Below, piece after piece: positions 9,401 through 17,784 of a stretch of DNA of 64,000 nucleotides. The notes beneath the pieces are model-generated. The model was not told where the DNA came from and did no database searches. It saw only the letters and a program-made list of their open reading frames with translations. The translations under genes were made by a program, and so were the position numbers. The stretch is from an uncultured Thiothrix sp. Lineage in GTDB: Bacteria; Pseudomonadota; Gammaproteobacteria; Poriferisulfidales; GCA-002705445. Where the stretch lies: positions 1,151 to 65,150 of the forward strand of contig CACJPG010000002.1 of the NCBI GenBank assembly GCA_902595225.1, in the 5' to 3' direction. Numbering within the stretch: the stretch's first letter is position 1; each line of letters opens with the position of its first letter.

Positions 9401-10893
9401 TTGATTTGAAACAGGTAAATCCTGAAGCTCTTGTATCAGTGAAATTAGTTGCTGAGGCTGGAGTTGGGACTATTGCTGCTGGCGTAACAAAAGCTTATGC
9501 TGATTTGATAACAATCTCTGGATATGATGGTGGAACTGGGGCAAGTCCTTTATCCAGTATCAAGTATGCTGGAAGTCCATGGGAAATGGGCTTGTCTGAG
9601 ACACACCAAACATTAAGAGCAAGTAATTTGAGAAAAAATGTAAGACTTCAAGCAGACGGTGGTCTAAAAACTGGTTTAGATGTAATCAAAGCAGCTTCCC
9701 TAGGTGCTGAAAGCTTTGGTTTCGGCACGGGCCCAATGATTGCTATGGGTTGTAAATATCTACGAATATGTCATTTAAATAATTGTGCAACAGGTGTCGC
9801 TACTCAAAATAAAGTGCTTAGAAAATATCATTTCATAGGTAAGGATGAAATGGTAATGAATTATTTTAAATTTATTGCTCAAGAAACTAGACATATATTG
9901 GCATCTTTAGGTTTTAGAAAGTTGTCAGACATAATTGGTAAGACAGATATATTAGTAATTAAAAAAATTGATGAAGGAAAATTAAAGAATTTAGTAATTG
10001 ATCCTATTATATCTGATGCGAATGTAGATAAAGATATTGCTCACACATGTCAGGTCAAAACAAACGAACCATGGGATAAAGCAGAATTATCAAAAAAAAT
10101 AGAAAGTGATACAAAAACAGTTATAGCAGAAAAAATTGGTGGTGAATTTAGCTACTCAATTAAAAATACTGATCGATCAATCGGTGCAAATATCTCAGGT
10201 ATTATTGCAAAAAAATATGGTAACTACGGAATGTCCGAAAATCCTTTGATACTTAACTTTAAGGGAACTGCTGGGCAAAGTTTTGGGGTTTGGAATGCTG
10301 GGGGACTTCATCTTAATTTAGAGGGTGATGCAAATGATTACGTTGGAAAGGGAATGGCATCTGGGGAAATTGTTGTTCGCCCTCCAAAAAATATAAAATA
10401 TAAGACAAATGAGTCAGTAATAATAGGAAATACATGTATGTATGGGGCAACTGGTGGGAAGCTTTATGCTGCTGGTATTGCTGGAGAAAGGTTCGGAGTA
10501 AGAAACTCTGGCGCGACGGCAATAGTTGAAGGAGTAGGAGATCATGGATGTGAGTATATGACAAATGGAACAGTAATAGTGCTTGGTAAAACAGGGGTTA
10601 ATTTCGGAGCTGGAATGTCTGGAGGATTTGCAATTGTTTTAGATGAAGAAGGAACTTTTAAAAATAAATATAATCCTGAACTTGTAGAAGTCATCAAAAT
10701 TGATAAAAAGAAATATCCATTCCAAGAAACTTTTCTTAAAGAATCAATTGCTGATTATGTTGAAAAGACAAATAGTAATTGGGGAGGAATTTTATTAAAA
10801 GATTTTGATAATTATCTAGAAAAATTCCTAATTGTTAAGCCAAAAGCTATTAGTATTGAAGAAATATTCAATAAAGATAGCGTTGCGGCTTAA
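6421..10893 (+). CDS. gltB: glutamate synthase (NADPH) large subunit
   Basis: 1490 aa. Propeptide then the amidotransferase Cys (DSCGFGLIANI), FMN/Fe-S central domain, C-terminal GXGXG beta-helix (GTAGQSFGVWNAGG...). The N-terminus is enterobacterial-type. Confidence 0.96.
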   Translation: MEDDRKKITGLYDESFEKDSCGFGLIANIDNNPSHWLINTAITALERLAHRGAVGADGTSGDGCGILFKIPEFFFRSIANEEKINIAKNFAIGMFFLNVDADKRKSSIKIIEKVISESGFSLAGWRDVPTDKSICGEDALKTLPYIAQAFINPPEKLDPKDIESRLFVIRRKIEILVSKEKDETFYITSFSSKVILYKGMIMPKHLSKFYLDLSNDKLETSLCVFHQRFSTNTTPQWSLAQPFRMLAHNGEINTIRGNRNWSQARSSIFKTSKIPELNELRPLVSMKGSDSKSLDNMLEVLVTGGVNIFKAIKLLIPPAWKSIPESDSDLKAFYEYNAKHMESWDGPAGIVLTDGRYAACVTDRNGLRPARYIITDDRHITVASEIGVYEYDEKNVIEKGKLGPGQIIAVDTSDGKILYSSDIDEKLKNRCPYKEWMDTGAESMRRIIPDKFPELELFDEAKIKQYEKMFNMTYEEKDQILKPLSKLSQEAIGSMGDDTPFPVLSDEIRSLYDYFRQQFAQVTNPPIDPIRESNVMSLETYLGPDLNVFEEGSKHAHRLTIESPILSYRKFRQLQELKNKKFTYKFLDLNYENKITLKEAIENLTNEALKAAKENKVFLILSDKKIQKGKLPIHSLLATGAVHHALIKNGLRTKVNIIVETATARDSHHCATLIGYGATAIYPYLAYQSLNDMIIKKTEDNSEFFEATRNYRKGINKGLYKILSKMGISTIASYRGSQLFEIVGLNQEIVDLCFCDTTNRLSGTTFIDLQKDQEKLAKNTWSQRKDIKQGGLLKYVHGEEFHAYNPDVVRTLQEAVKSGDYEDYKKYSDIVNYREKMVIRDMFDLKSSKDPIPLDDVEPIEDILRRFDSAGMSLGALSPDAHETLAQAMNKMGGRSNSGEGGEDQKRFNTDKNSKIKQVASGRFGVTPHYLVNAEVIQIKIAQGAKPGEGGQLPGDKVDKLIATLRYSNPGITLISPPPHHDIYSIEDLAQLIFDLKQVNPEALVSVKLVAEAGVGTIAAGVTKAYADLITISGYDGGTGASPLSSIKYAGSPWEMGLSETHQTLRASNLRKNVRLQADGGLKTGLDVIKAASLGAESFGFGTGPMIAMGCKYLRICHLNNCATGVATQNKVLRKYHFIGKDEMVMNYFKFIAQETRHILASLGFRKLSDIIGKTDILVIKKIDEGKLKNLVIDPIISDANVDKDIAHTCQVKTNEPWDKAELSKKIESDTKTVIAEKIGGEFSYSIKNTDRSIGANISGIIAKKYGNYGMSENPLILNFKGTAGQSFGVWNAGGLHLNLEGDANDYVGKGMASGEIVVRPPKNIKYKTNESVIIGNTCMYGATGGKLYAAGIAGERFGVRNSGATAIVEGVGDHGCEYMTNGTVIVLGKTGVNFGAGMSGGFAIVLDEEGTFKNKYNPELVEVIKIDKKKYPFQETFLKESIADYVEKTNSNWGGILLKDFDNYLEKFLIVKPKAISIEEIFNKDSVAA

Positions 10894-10895
10894 AT

Positions 10896-12611
10896 ATGGC
10901 ACAAAGTATTCCAAAAGAATTTATCAACCATCTGCTTGAAAAAGTAAATATTGTTGATGTTATCAATGGATATGTAAAACTTGAAAAAAAAGGAAACGAT
11001 TATTGGGCAAGGTGCCCATTTCACAATGAGAAAACGTCTTCTTTCAGTGTAAGTGAAAGTAAACAGTTTTATTACTGCTTTGGTTGCGGCGCTACTGGGA
11101 ATGCTATTACTTTTATAATGGAGCATACAAATAAAACATACCCTGAAGCGATTGAAGAGTTAGCAAATTCTGTGGGAATGGATATACCCAGAACTAGAGA
11201 ATCAAATGAAAAATATGAAGCAAAAAAAACTATTCAAAATGCTTTAGAAGATGCAAAGAAGTTATTTACAGATAATTTGAAAAGGTCTGAAAAAGCAATT
11301 AATTATCTAAAAAATAGAAATATATCAGGAAACACAGCAAAACAGTTTGAAATTGGATACTCAGAGGATGATTTTCATAATCTTGGTCGTGCTTTAGGAG
11401 AAAATTATTCTGAATCGAACTTAATAGACGCCGGGTTATTAGTAAAGAAAGACAAAAACTCTTACGACAAATTTAGGGACAGAATAATGTTTCCAATCTT
11501 TGACATATACGGAAAAGTTATAGCCTTCGGCGGAAGAGATATTAGTGGGGATAAAAAAATTGATGTAGCAAAATACATGAACTCGCCTGAGACAAGTTTA
11601 TTTAGTAAGAAAAAAGTTCTTTACAACCTTCATATTGCAAAAGCGGATAAAATTTCAAAAGATACACTTTTAATAGTTGAGGGTTATATGGATGTAATTG
11701 CCCTTCATCAATCAGGAGTGAACAATGTTGTTGCAACCTTGGGCACTGCTGTTACTCCTGATAATTTAGAACAGTGTTTTAAATATACAAAAGAAATTAT
11801 TTGTTGCTTCGATGGTGATAGGGCTGGAAAAGATGCAGCTTGGAAAGGTGTAAGAAATATTATGTCTGTTATTAAAGATGGAAACAATATTAGCTTTGTT
11901 TTCTTACCCGAGGGTAGAGATCCCGATGATATTGTTAATGAGGGTGGTAAAGATTTGTGGCTTAAATATATTGAGCAGAAAGTTTCCCTGGAAGATTTTA
12001 TTTATAATAAATATTCAGATGAAGTTAATCTAGAAACTGCAGCAGGAAAAACACAGTATTTACAAAAAATAGAAGAATTATTAAAACCCTTAAAAGCACC
12101 AATTTTCAAAAAAATCCTTCACGAAAGTCTAAATGATAGAATCGGGTCAAAATATTTACCCCCATCGGAATTAAAAGATCCTAAGAAAGAAAAAATTTCA
12201 TCAAATAAAGCAAAGTCCCCTTTACAAAAAGCAATTCTTATTCTTCTTCACCATCCAAGTATAAATATTGATGAAGAGTTGTTGTCGGACAAAAGAATTG
12301 CCTCAAATGAGGGAGTAATATTATTAAAATCCATTGCTAAGAATATTAGCGAAAGCCAACCAACAAATCTCGGAAGGATCATTGAGAACTTTAGAAATGA
12401 TGAAAAAAATTATAAGACTCTTGAGAAAATAAGCGTTATGGAAACTATAGATTTAGAATGGCCTGAGAAAGAATTTAATGCTTGTCTGTGTTTAGTAATA
12501 AAAAACTTTCTTAAGGAAGAGCTCAAAAACGTTGATCCTCTGAATTTAGAGAAATTTTCTAATATACAAAGAGAGATATATGAAATTCAGGAGAAAGCCA
12601 AGAATTATTAA
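10896..12611 (+). CDS. dnaG: DNA primase
   Basis: Zn-ribbon CPFHNEKTSSFSV...YYCFGCGATGN, TOPRIM (LLIVEGYMDVIAL, CFDGDRAG). Confidence 0.95.
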   Translation: MAQSIPKEFINHLLEKVNIVDVINGYVKLEKKGNDYWARCPFHNEKTSSFSVSESKQFYYCFGCGATGNAITFIMEHTNKTYPEAIEELANSVGMDIPRTRESNEKYEAKKTIQNALEDAKKLFTDNLKRSEKAINYLKNRNISGNTAKQFEIGYSEDDFHNLGRALGENYSESNLIDAGLLVKKDKNSYDKFRDRIMFPIFDIYGKVIAFGGRDISGDKKIDVAKYMNSPETSLFSKKKVLYNLHIAKADKISKDTLLIVEGYMDVIALHQSGVNNVVATLGTAVTPDNLEQCFKYTKEIICCFDGDRAGKDAAWKGVRNIMSVIKDGNNISFVFLPEGRDPDDIVNEGGKDLWLKYIEQKVSLEDFIYNKYSDEVNLETAAGKTQYLQKIEELLKPLKAPIFKKILHESLNDRIGSKYLPPSELKDPKKEKISSNKAKSPLQKAILILLHHPSINIDEELLSDKRIASNEGVILLKSIAKNISESQPTNLGRIIENFRNDEKNYKTLEKISVMETIDLEWPEKEFNACLCLVIKNFLKEELKNVDPLNLEKFSNIQREIYEIQEKAKNY

Positions 12612-12629
12612 AATAAATTTAAAATAATA

Positions 12630-12638
12630 TGTTATAAT
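12630..12638 (+). promoter_or_regulatory. candidate extended -10 promoter element for rpoD
   Basis: TGTTATAAT (TG-n-TATAAT) 39 nt upstream of the rpoD ATG in the 65-bp dnaG-rpoD spacer. No good -35. Confidence 0.35.
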
Positions 12639-12676
12639 CTTCGTCCCATATATGCGTTATACACAAAGTTAATTAC

Positions 12677-14512
12677 ATGACCAAAGCCCAAGACCAGCAA
12701 GCAAAAATAAAAGAACTTATCACCAAAGGAAAAGAGCAAGGCTACCTTACTTATGCTGAAGTAAATGACCATTTACCAGAAGGCATTGTCGATTCTGACC
12801 AAATCGAAGATATCATTAACATGATAACAGAGATGGGTATTGTTGTTCAGGAGCAACCACCCGATGAGGATTCGTTAAGTCTTGGTGAGAATCAGACAAC
12901 GGATGAAGATGCTGCAGAGGAAGCTGCACAAGCTCTCGCAACAGTTGATCAAGAATTTGGAAGAACAACCGACCCTGTTCGAATGTATATGCGTGAAATG
13001 GGCACAGTAAACCTTCTTACACGGGAAGGAGAAATTAGTATTGCTAAAAGGATTGAAGAAGGAATAAATCAAGTAACACATGCGCTAGCATTTTACCCAA
13101 ATACAATTGAAAAATTACTCACATCATATGCTCTTGTAATCAATCAACCAGAACCTGAAGAAGATGAGGAAGAAGATATAGAAAGACTAAAATTAACTGA
13201 TCTTCTTAATGGATTTATTGATCCAACCGCAGATAATGACATAATTGAAAACCACGCACTCAAAGATGATGATGACGATGACGAGGAGGATGTAGAATTA
13301 GATACAGGTATTGACCCCGAAGAAGCAAAACTACACTTTGATAGTCTAATAAAACTTTTTAAAAAGACAAATCAACCTGCAGTCAAAAAAGATCCTAAAA
13401 AACTTTTCAAAGCTAGAGAAAAAACTGCCGATTACTTTATGAGGTTTAGGCTAGTTCCAGTTTTATTAACCGAACTCAAAGATGATTTAAAAATAATCGT
13501 TTCAAAGATCAGAGAAAACGAAAAAGCTATATCAAAAATAGCGATTTCATGTGGAATGCCAAGGAAGGAGTTTATTAAAAGTTTTACAGATAACAGTACC
13601 AACCTCCGCTGGGTTACAAACAGATTAATTAGTAAGCCGAAATATGCAAATAAATTGAAAAAAAATAAAGAAGAAATTGTTAAATTACAAAAAAAGTTGT
13701 TGAAAATAGAGGAGCAAACTAATTTATCAGTTACAGAGATAAAAGAAATTAATAGAAAAATGTCAATTGGGGAAGCGAAATCAAAACGTGCCAAGAAGGA
13801 AATGATTGAGGCAAATCTTAGATTAGTGATATCAATAGCAAAAAAATATACAAATAGAGGTCTTCAATTTCTAGACCTTATTCAAGAAGGAAATATTGGG
13901 CTTATGAAAGCAGTTGATAAATTTGAATATAGGCGTGGATATAAATTTTCAACATATGCAACTTGGTGGATAAGACAGGCAATTACAAGATCGATCGCTG
14001 ACCAGGCAAGAACTATAAGAATTCCGGTTCATATGATTGAAACAATCAATAAGCTCAATAGAATTTCAAGACAAATGACTCAAGAAAATGGCAAAGAACC
14101 AAGTCCAGAGGAACTTTCTATAAAAATGGGTATGCCAGAAGACAAAATAAGAAAAGTTTTAAAAATTGCCAAAGAACCTATATCTATGGAAACACCTATT
14201 GGTGACGATGAAGATTCTCATTTAGGAGATTTTATTGAAGATGGCAATATTCTTACCCCAATGGAGTCTGCTGCAAATGAAAGTCTTGGGGAGGCAACAC
14301 GAAGTATTTTGGGTTCGCTTACGCCTAGAGAAGCAAAGGTTTTAAGAATGCGTTTTGGTATAGATATGAATACTGACCATACTCTCGAAGAAGTAGGAAA
14401 ACAGTTTGATGTGACTAGAGAAAGGATTAGACAAATTGAGGCGAAAGCATTAAGAAAACTAAGACATCCAAGCAGATCTGAACAACTCAAAAGTTTTCTT
14501 GATTTAGACTGA
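12677..14512 (+). CDS. rpoD: RNA polymerase sigma-70 factor RpoD
   Basis: Regions 1.1-4.2 are recognisable ([11 protein letters not shown], acidic spacer, [57 protein letters not shown]). Confidence 0.97.
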   Translation: MTKAQDQQAKIKELITKGKEQGYLTYAEVNDHLPEGIVDSDQIEDIINMITEMGIVVQEQPPDEDSLSLGENQTTDEDAAEEAAQALATVDQEFGRTTDPVRMYMREMGTVNLLTREGEISIAKRIEEGINQVTHALAFYPNTIEKLLTSYALVINQPEPEEDEEEDIERLKLTDLLNGFIDPTADNDIIENHALKDDDDDDEEDVELDTGIDPEEAKLHFDSLIKLFKKTNQPAVKKDPKKLFKAREKTADYFMRFRLVPVLLTELKDDLKIIVSKIRENEKAISKIAISCGMPRKEFIKSFTDNSTNLRWVTNRLISKPKYANKLKKNKEEIVKLQKKLLKIEEQTNLSVTEIKEINRKMSIGEAKSKRAKKEMIEANLRLVISIAKKYTNRGLQFLDLIQEGNIGLMKAVDKFEYRRGYKFSTYATWWIRQAITRSIADQARTIRIPVHMIETINKLNRISRQMTQENGKEPSPEELSIKMGMPEDKIRKVLKIAKEPISMETPIGDDEDSHLGDFIEDGNILTPMESAANESLGEATRSILGSLTPREAKVLRMRFGIDMNTDHTLEEVGKQFDVTRERIRQIEAKALRKLRHPSRSEQLKSFLDLD

Positions 14513-14513
14513 G

Positions 14514-14702
14514 CTAGATAGGGATTGCCTGGGATATTGTTTCATGAAACTTCTCAATAATAATGTTTATTTCATTTCCAAAATAAATATACGCAAGTAG
14601 TATTAATCCACCTATAAGAAATATAAAAGTTAATAAAGTATAAGACAGCATCTTTATAAATAAGGTTGGGATAAATAAAATAATTTTCAAAATTAAACTC
14701 AA
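14514..14702 (-). CDS. hypothetical small membrane protein (two hydrophobic helices, TTG start)
   Basis: ORF only. Overlaps the upstream ORF stop in a TTGA junction. The hydrophobic pattern is plausible, but no known family and no ATG start. Confidence 0.3.
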   Translation of the reverse strand: MSLILKIILFIPTLFIKMLSYTLLTFIFLIGGLILLAYIYFGNEINIIIEKFHETISQAIPI

Positions 14703-15286
14703 ACTAAATTCCTTATAAATTCAAAGTAAAAGTAAGATTGCGTTGAAACTATAATAAGTAAGAAAATTAAAACTATTGAAAATAGAAAGCCAAAAAATAT
14801 GCCTCGCGATCTTGCATAATAGTCATCTAGCGTAACCTCAGATTCACTAACATCATAAGATGAATTATCTAAATATTTAGCCGATTTATTTGTTTGGGCA
14901 TTATATTCTTTTATAAAATCATTTAATTTTTTTTCTATAGATTCAATTCTTTTTAATCTTAAATTATCTGCGGCAGCATAACCTCTTTTGTTTAAATTAA
15001 TCCTGCTTCTAGATGGCATAGTTGATACATAAGTATCAGCGTCACTTTTCTCTTTTTTGTTAGATATTCTGTTGTTAATTCGAGATATATTATTTTCAAT
15101 TTCATGAATTTTTTTAAAAATTACATTATTGCTATCTGAATTTATTTTTTCGAAAGCATTATCCTTTGATAATAAAGATATATTATGATCTAACTCCTCT
15201 AGCTTATTCTCTAAATTAGCAATAATCGAAATTAACGATAGTTCTTCGTCAGATATATTGTTTTTTTTGTTATCGTTCCCGCTCAC
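14699..15286 (-). CDS. hypothetical tail-anchored coiled-coil protein
   Basis: 195 aa. Asn/Lys/Glu-rich heptad-like N-terminal region (LENKLEELDHNISLL, IENNISRINNRISN) and a single C-terminal TM (IFFGFLFSIVLIFLLIIV). No family recognised. Confidence 0.55.
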   Translation of the reverse strand: MSGNDNKKNNISDEELSLISIIANLENKLEELDHNISLLSKDNAFEKINSDSNNVIFKKIHEIENNISRINNRISNKKEKSDADTYVSTMPSRSRINLNKRGYAAADNLRLKRIESIEKKLNDFIKEYNAQTNKSAKYLDNSSYDVSESEVTLDDYYARSRGIFFGFLFSIVLIFLLIIVSTQSYFYFEFIRNLV

Positions 15287-15329
15287 AGTAAATATTTTAA
15301 CCTACATAATTAGTGAATTACACTGTTGA

Positions 15330-15932
15330 TTAAAAAAACTTTTTATATCTTAGCCAAGAATATGTGCCAGTTATTGATAAAATTATTAATCCAAGGGTAA
15401 CAAGGTCTACAAGAGTTACTCCAAATGTTCCAAAAAGTCTACCAGAATGCAAATCAACAATTACTCTCTCATATGTTATTGTTTTACTTATACTTTTATC
15501 TTCAATTATTTTTTTAAGATTTCCTGGGAGTATATTTTCTTCTAAACTAATTTTTACATTCTTTGGGGTCTCAGTGTGGCCTAAGTCAATAATTTCTCCG
15601 CTAGAAGAAACAGTGATTATATGACCATCATACAAAATTACATAATTATCATTCTTTTTATAAGCAGCTCTTAATGTTGTTATATTATTTACAATTCTTT
15701 TTTCTTCAAAATATAAATTGTTATTACAGATTGAAATCCACTTTGAGCTGATTGGAGCAGATGATATTACACAAGGCTTGATTCCATAAACATTTTTTGC
15801 GAATGTGCTAGAAGCATAAGTTTGCCGTATTTTAAAATCTTCTGCATGCTGAAGTAAGGTTCCTGTGACTGATAATACCAATACAAAAAGAACTAAAACA
15901 ATACCTAGAAATCTATGAATTTTTATAATCAT
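15330..15932 (-). CDS. PepSY-associated-TM-helix-like membrane protein (half-size, 2 TM)
   Basis: N-terminal IHRFLGIVLVLFVLVLSVTGTLLQH and C-terminal DLHSGRLFG...LSITGTYSW resemble the paired His-containing helices of the PepSY_TM/PiuB/FoxB family. Confidence 0.6.
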   Translation of the reverse strand: MIIKIHRFLGIVLVLFVLVLSVTGTLLQHAEDFKIRQTYASSTFAKNVYGIKPCVISSAPISSKWISICNNNLYFEEKRIVNNITTLRAAYKKNDNYVILYDGHIITVSSSGEIIDLGHTETPKNVKISLEENILPGNLKKIIEDKSISKTITYERVIVDLHSGRLFGTFGVTLVDLVTLGLIILSITGTYSWLRYKKFF

Positions 15933-16018
15933 AATATAATTATAATTTGTATTATATAAAAAAGAAACTTTCCTAAGATTTTGATATAGTTATGTATATA
16001 AAATAATTATAGTTAAAA

Positions 16019-17011
16019 ATGAGTAATAAAATTCTTTTAAAAATTATTATTTTTTCTTTCAGCTTTCTATTAATTAGTTGTAATAATAATAGCAGCTACT
16101 TAATCTCTGGGAATGCTTTTGGAACAATTTACCATGTACAAATTGAGTCTGACAAAAGGGTTGATACTAGTAAAGTAAAGTTCAATATTAGCAATATAAT
16201 CTATAATATTGACGTTATAGCTTCAAATTATTCAGAAAGTTCAGAAATCTCCCGTTTTAATAATTTAAATAGCACAAATTTTATATTTATATCATACCAT
16301 TTGTTTGAATTACTCAAAAAAGCAAATCAAGTTAGTGACATAACAGATGGATACTTTGATATTACAGTTGGGGATCAGAAAATAAAGAAAGGCTTTTATA
16401 TAAATCCAATTGAGTATGTAAAGGGAAAGGATAGAGGCTTTAATTATAAAGATATCATTCTCTCAGAAGAGAGAAGATCAGTAAAAAAGAAGATGAAAAA
16501 TATAAATATTGATTTATCAGGAATTGCAAAAGGTTATGCTGTTGATCTAATAACAAATTATCTAATAAGCATAGGGATCAATAATTTTATAATTAATATT
16601 GGTGGAGAAATAAAAGCTCACACAGATAATGAAGAATATATAAAAATATCAATCGATGATCCCTCCAAAAAAAATCAATCTGTTGAAGATATATTCCTAA
16701 ATAAAAAGGCTATAGCGACATCTGGCACTTATCAAGACCATGTGGAGTATAAAGGCAATAAAATCAGTCATATAGTGAATCCAAAAAATCTTAAAAATGT
16801 TTCCGATCTCAGCAGACTTGTTGCAGTAATTCATGATAGTTGTGCAACAGCAGATGCAATTGCAACTGGCTTTATAGCCATGGAAGCTAATGACATTGTA
16901 AATTTTGCAAATGAAAAAGGTATTGCCTTAATGTTTCTAAGAGAAATCAACGGAGTTGTTGAGAAAAGATACTCAAAAAAGTTTATAAAATATTTATCTG
17001 AGAAAGATTAA
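16019..17011 (+). CDS. apbE: FAD:protein FMN transferase (flavin transferase), lipoprotein
   Basis: Lipobox LLISC. ApbE family blocks DLSGIAKGYAVD, AIATSGTYQDH, SHIVNPKN, ATADAIATG. Confidence 0.88.
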   Translation: MSNKILLKIIIFSFSFLLISCNNNSSYLISGNAFGTIYHVQIESDKRVDTSKVKFNISNIIYNIDVIASNYSESSEISRFNNLNSTNFIFISYHLFELLKKANQVSDITDGYFDITVGDQKIKKGFYINPIEYVKGKDRGFNYKDIILSEERRSVKKKMKNINIDLSGIAKGYAVDLITNYLISIGINNFIINIGGEIKAHTDNEEYIKISIDDPSKKNQSVEDIFLNKKAIATSGTYQDHVEYKGNKISHIVNPKNLKNVSDLSRLVAVIHDSCATADAIATGFIAMEANDIVNFANEKGIALMFLREINGVVEKRYSKKFIKYLSEKD

Positions 17012-17514
17012 ATCTTTGAAGCCAAAAACAATGATAATTTAGAGAGTTTTCTCATTGAATTAACTGACATTGTCGCACCAGATATATTTGCCAGTCTATT
17101 TGTTAGCTTATCCTTACTTTTTAAACTATTACCTCTTATCTGGTTTAAAAAGAAATCATATGCAACTTCTCCGCCATAGTTTTCACGGTAAACAAGAACT
17201 TTTGCATCTGATATTTTATTATTCTCTACAACATAACCTGTTGTTATAAATTCATGCTTTCCTATAGCTTCTAATATGAAGCCGACTTTATTACCATTCT
17301 TATAATATTTTATTGCTGGAAGATGATACGTATCCTTCAAAATGTCTTTTACTCCAGCAGCAACATCATCTTTCAAAATAATATACTTATGAAAGGGCAC
17401 TTCAGAAACACCTAGTGCTTGTTTTAGAAAATCGTCTTTATCCATTATTACCTTTTCAGCATTAATAGAAAAAGATAACGTTAAAAGATATATTGTTAAC
17501 AAAAATTTTTTCAT
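17008..17514 (-). CDS. secreted FMN-binding-domain protein (predicted ApbE substrate)
   Basis: Signal peptide MKKFLLTIYLLTLSFSINA. Flavinylation-type motif NISGATMSVNS as in NqrC/RnfG FMN_bind domains. Convergent 4-nt overlap with apbE. Confidence 0.75.
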   Translation of the reverse strand: MKKFLLTIYLLTLSFSINAEKVIMDKDDFLKQALGVSEVPFHKYIILKDDVAAGVKDILKDTYHLPAIKYYKNGNKVGFILEAIGKHEFITTGYVVENNKISDAKVLVYRENYGGEVAYDFFLNQIRGNSLKSKDKLTNRLANISGATMSVNSMRKLSKLSLFLASKI

Positions 17515-17599
17515 GATTAATTGTAATATTATTTAAGAATATTTTTCACTGTATAAAATTAAAATAAAATCTGTAAAAAACTTTTAAATTTTACAACTT

Positions 17600-17740
17600 A
17601 AAAAAAGGATGGCTAGTTAACGTCGAAGTTTAAATATTAAGAATGAAAAGAACAAGGAGAATTTCTTCAAATCATTCGTTTTAAAGTTTAGCTCTTACTG
17701 AGTGGAGGAGAAAAAACTAAACTTTATTTGTCAACTAGCC
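17600..17740 (-). ncRNA. structured RNA element: three-helix junction ending in a U7 tract (porin 3-prime UTR / complex terminator / candidate sRNA)
   Basis: Minus-strand helices: P1 is 11 bp (17740-17730 with 17621-17611). P2 is 10 bp (17726-17717 with 17691-17682). P3 is 6+6 bp (17677-17663 with 17652-17641). Two G-U pairs would be A-C mismatches on the plus strand. The tail is AUCC-UUUUUUU. Confidence 0.45.
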
Positions 17741-17784
17741 AAAACACGCCCTAATGTGTTGTTATTGTAAAATTATTATTATTC

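Noticed and set aside
6421-10893. Idea that the stand-alone gltB plus a cyanobacterial-type riboswitch is a horizontally acquired ferredoxin-dependent GOGAT.
   Set aside because: The N-terminus (LYDESFEKDSCGFGLIANIDNNPSH) and overall length match the enterobacterial NADPH-GOGAT large subunit, and codon composition matches the neighbours. The missing gltD is more simply explained by relocation.
13432-13794. 120-aa ORF antisense to rpoD. Similar long antisense ORFs lie at 38526-38888 (in topA), 49210-49548 (in tatC), 61501-61905 (in gyrB) and 62934-63335 (in recF).
   Set aside because: All lie fully inside well-supported conserved genes on the opposite strand and have low-complexity Ser/Phe/Leu/Ile-rich translations. 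They lack RBS signals and fit codon-bias shadow ORFs, not overlapping genes.
15936-15954. Fur-box-like TATAATTATAATTTGTATT (13/19 to GATAATGATAATCATTATC) in the PepSY-like/apbE divergent spacer, which would fit an iron-uptake role.
   Set aside because: In DNA this AT-rich such a match is expected by chance. It also doubles as -10-like TATAAT hexamers, so I cannot support it without a genome-wide motif model.
17572-17720. Plus-strand reading of the porin/FMN_bind spacer as a CsrB/RsmZ-like sponge RNA. It has four GGA motifs (AAGGAUGG, CAAGGAGAA, GUGGAGGAG) downstream of an inverted repeat TGTAAAA-N10-TTTTACA that resembles a GacA/UvrY box.
   Set aside because: The helices contain A-C mismatches on the plus strand that become G-U pairs on the minus strand. 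The only convincing U-tract terminator is on the minus strand. The inverted-repeat spacing (10 nt) differs from the TGTAAG-N6-CTTACA box, and there is no usable -10 between it and the structure. I kept it only as an alternative to test.
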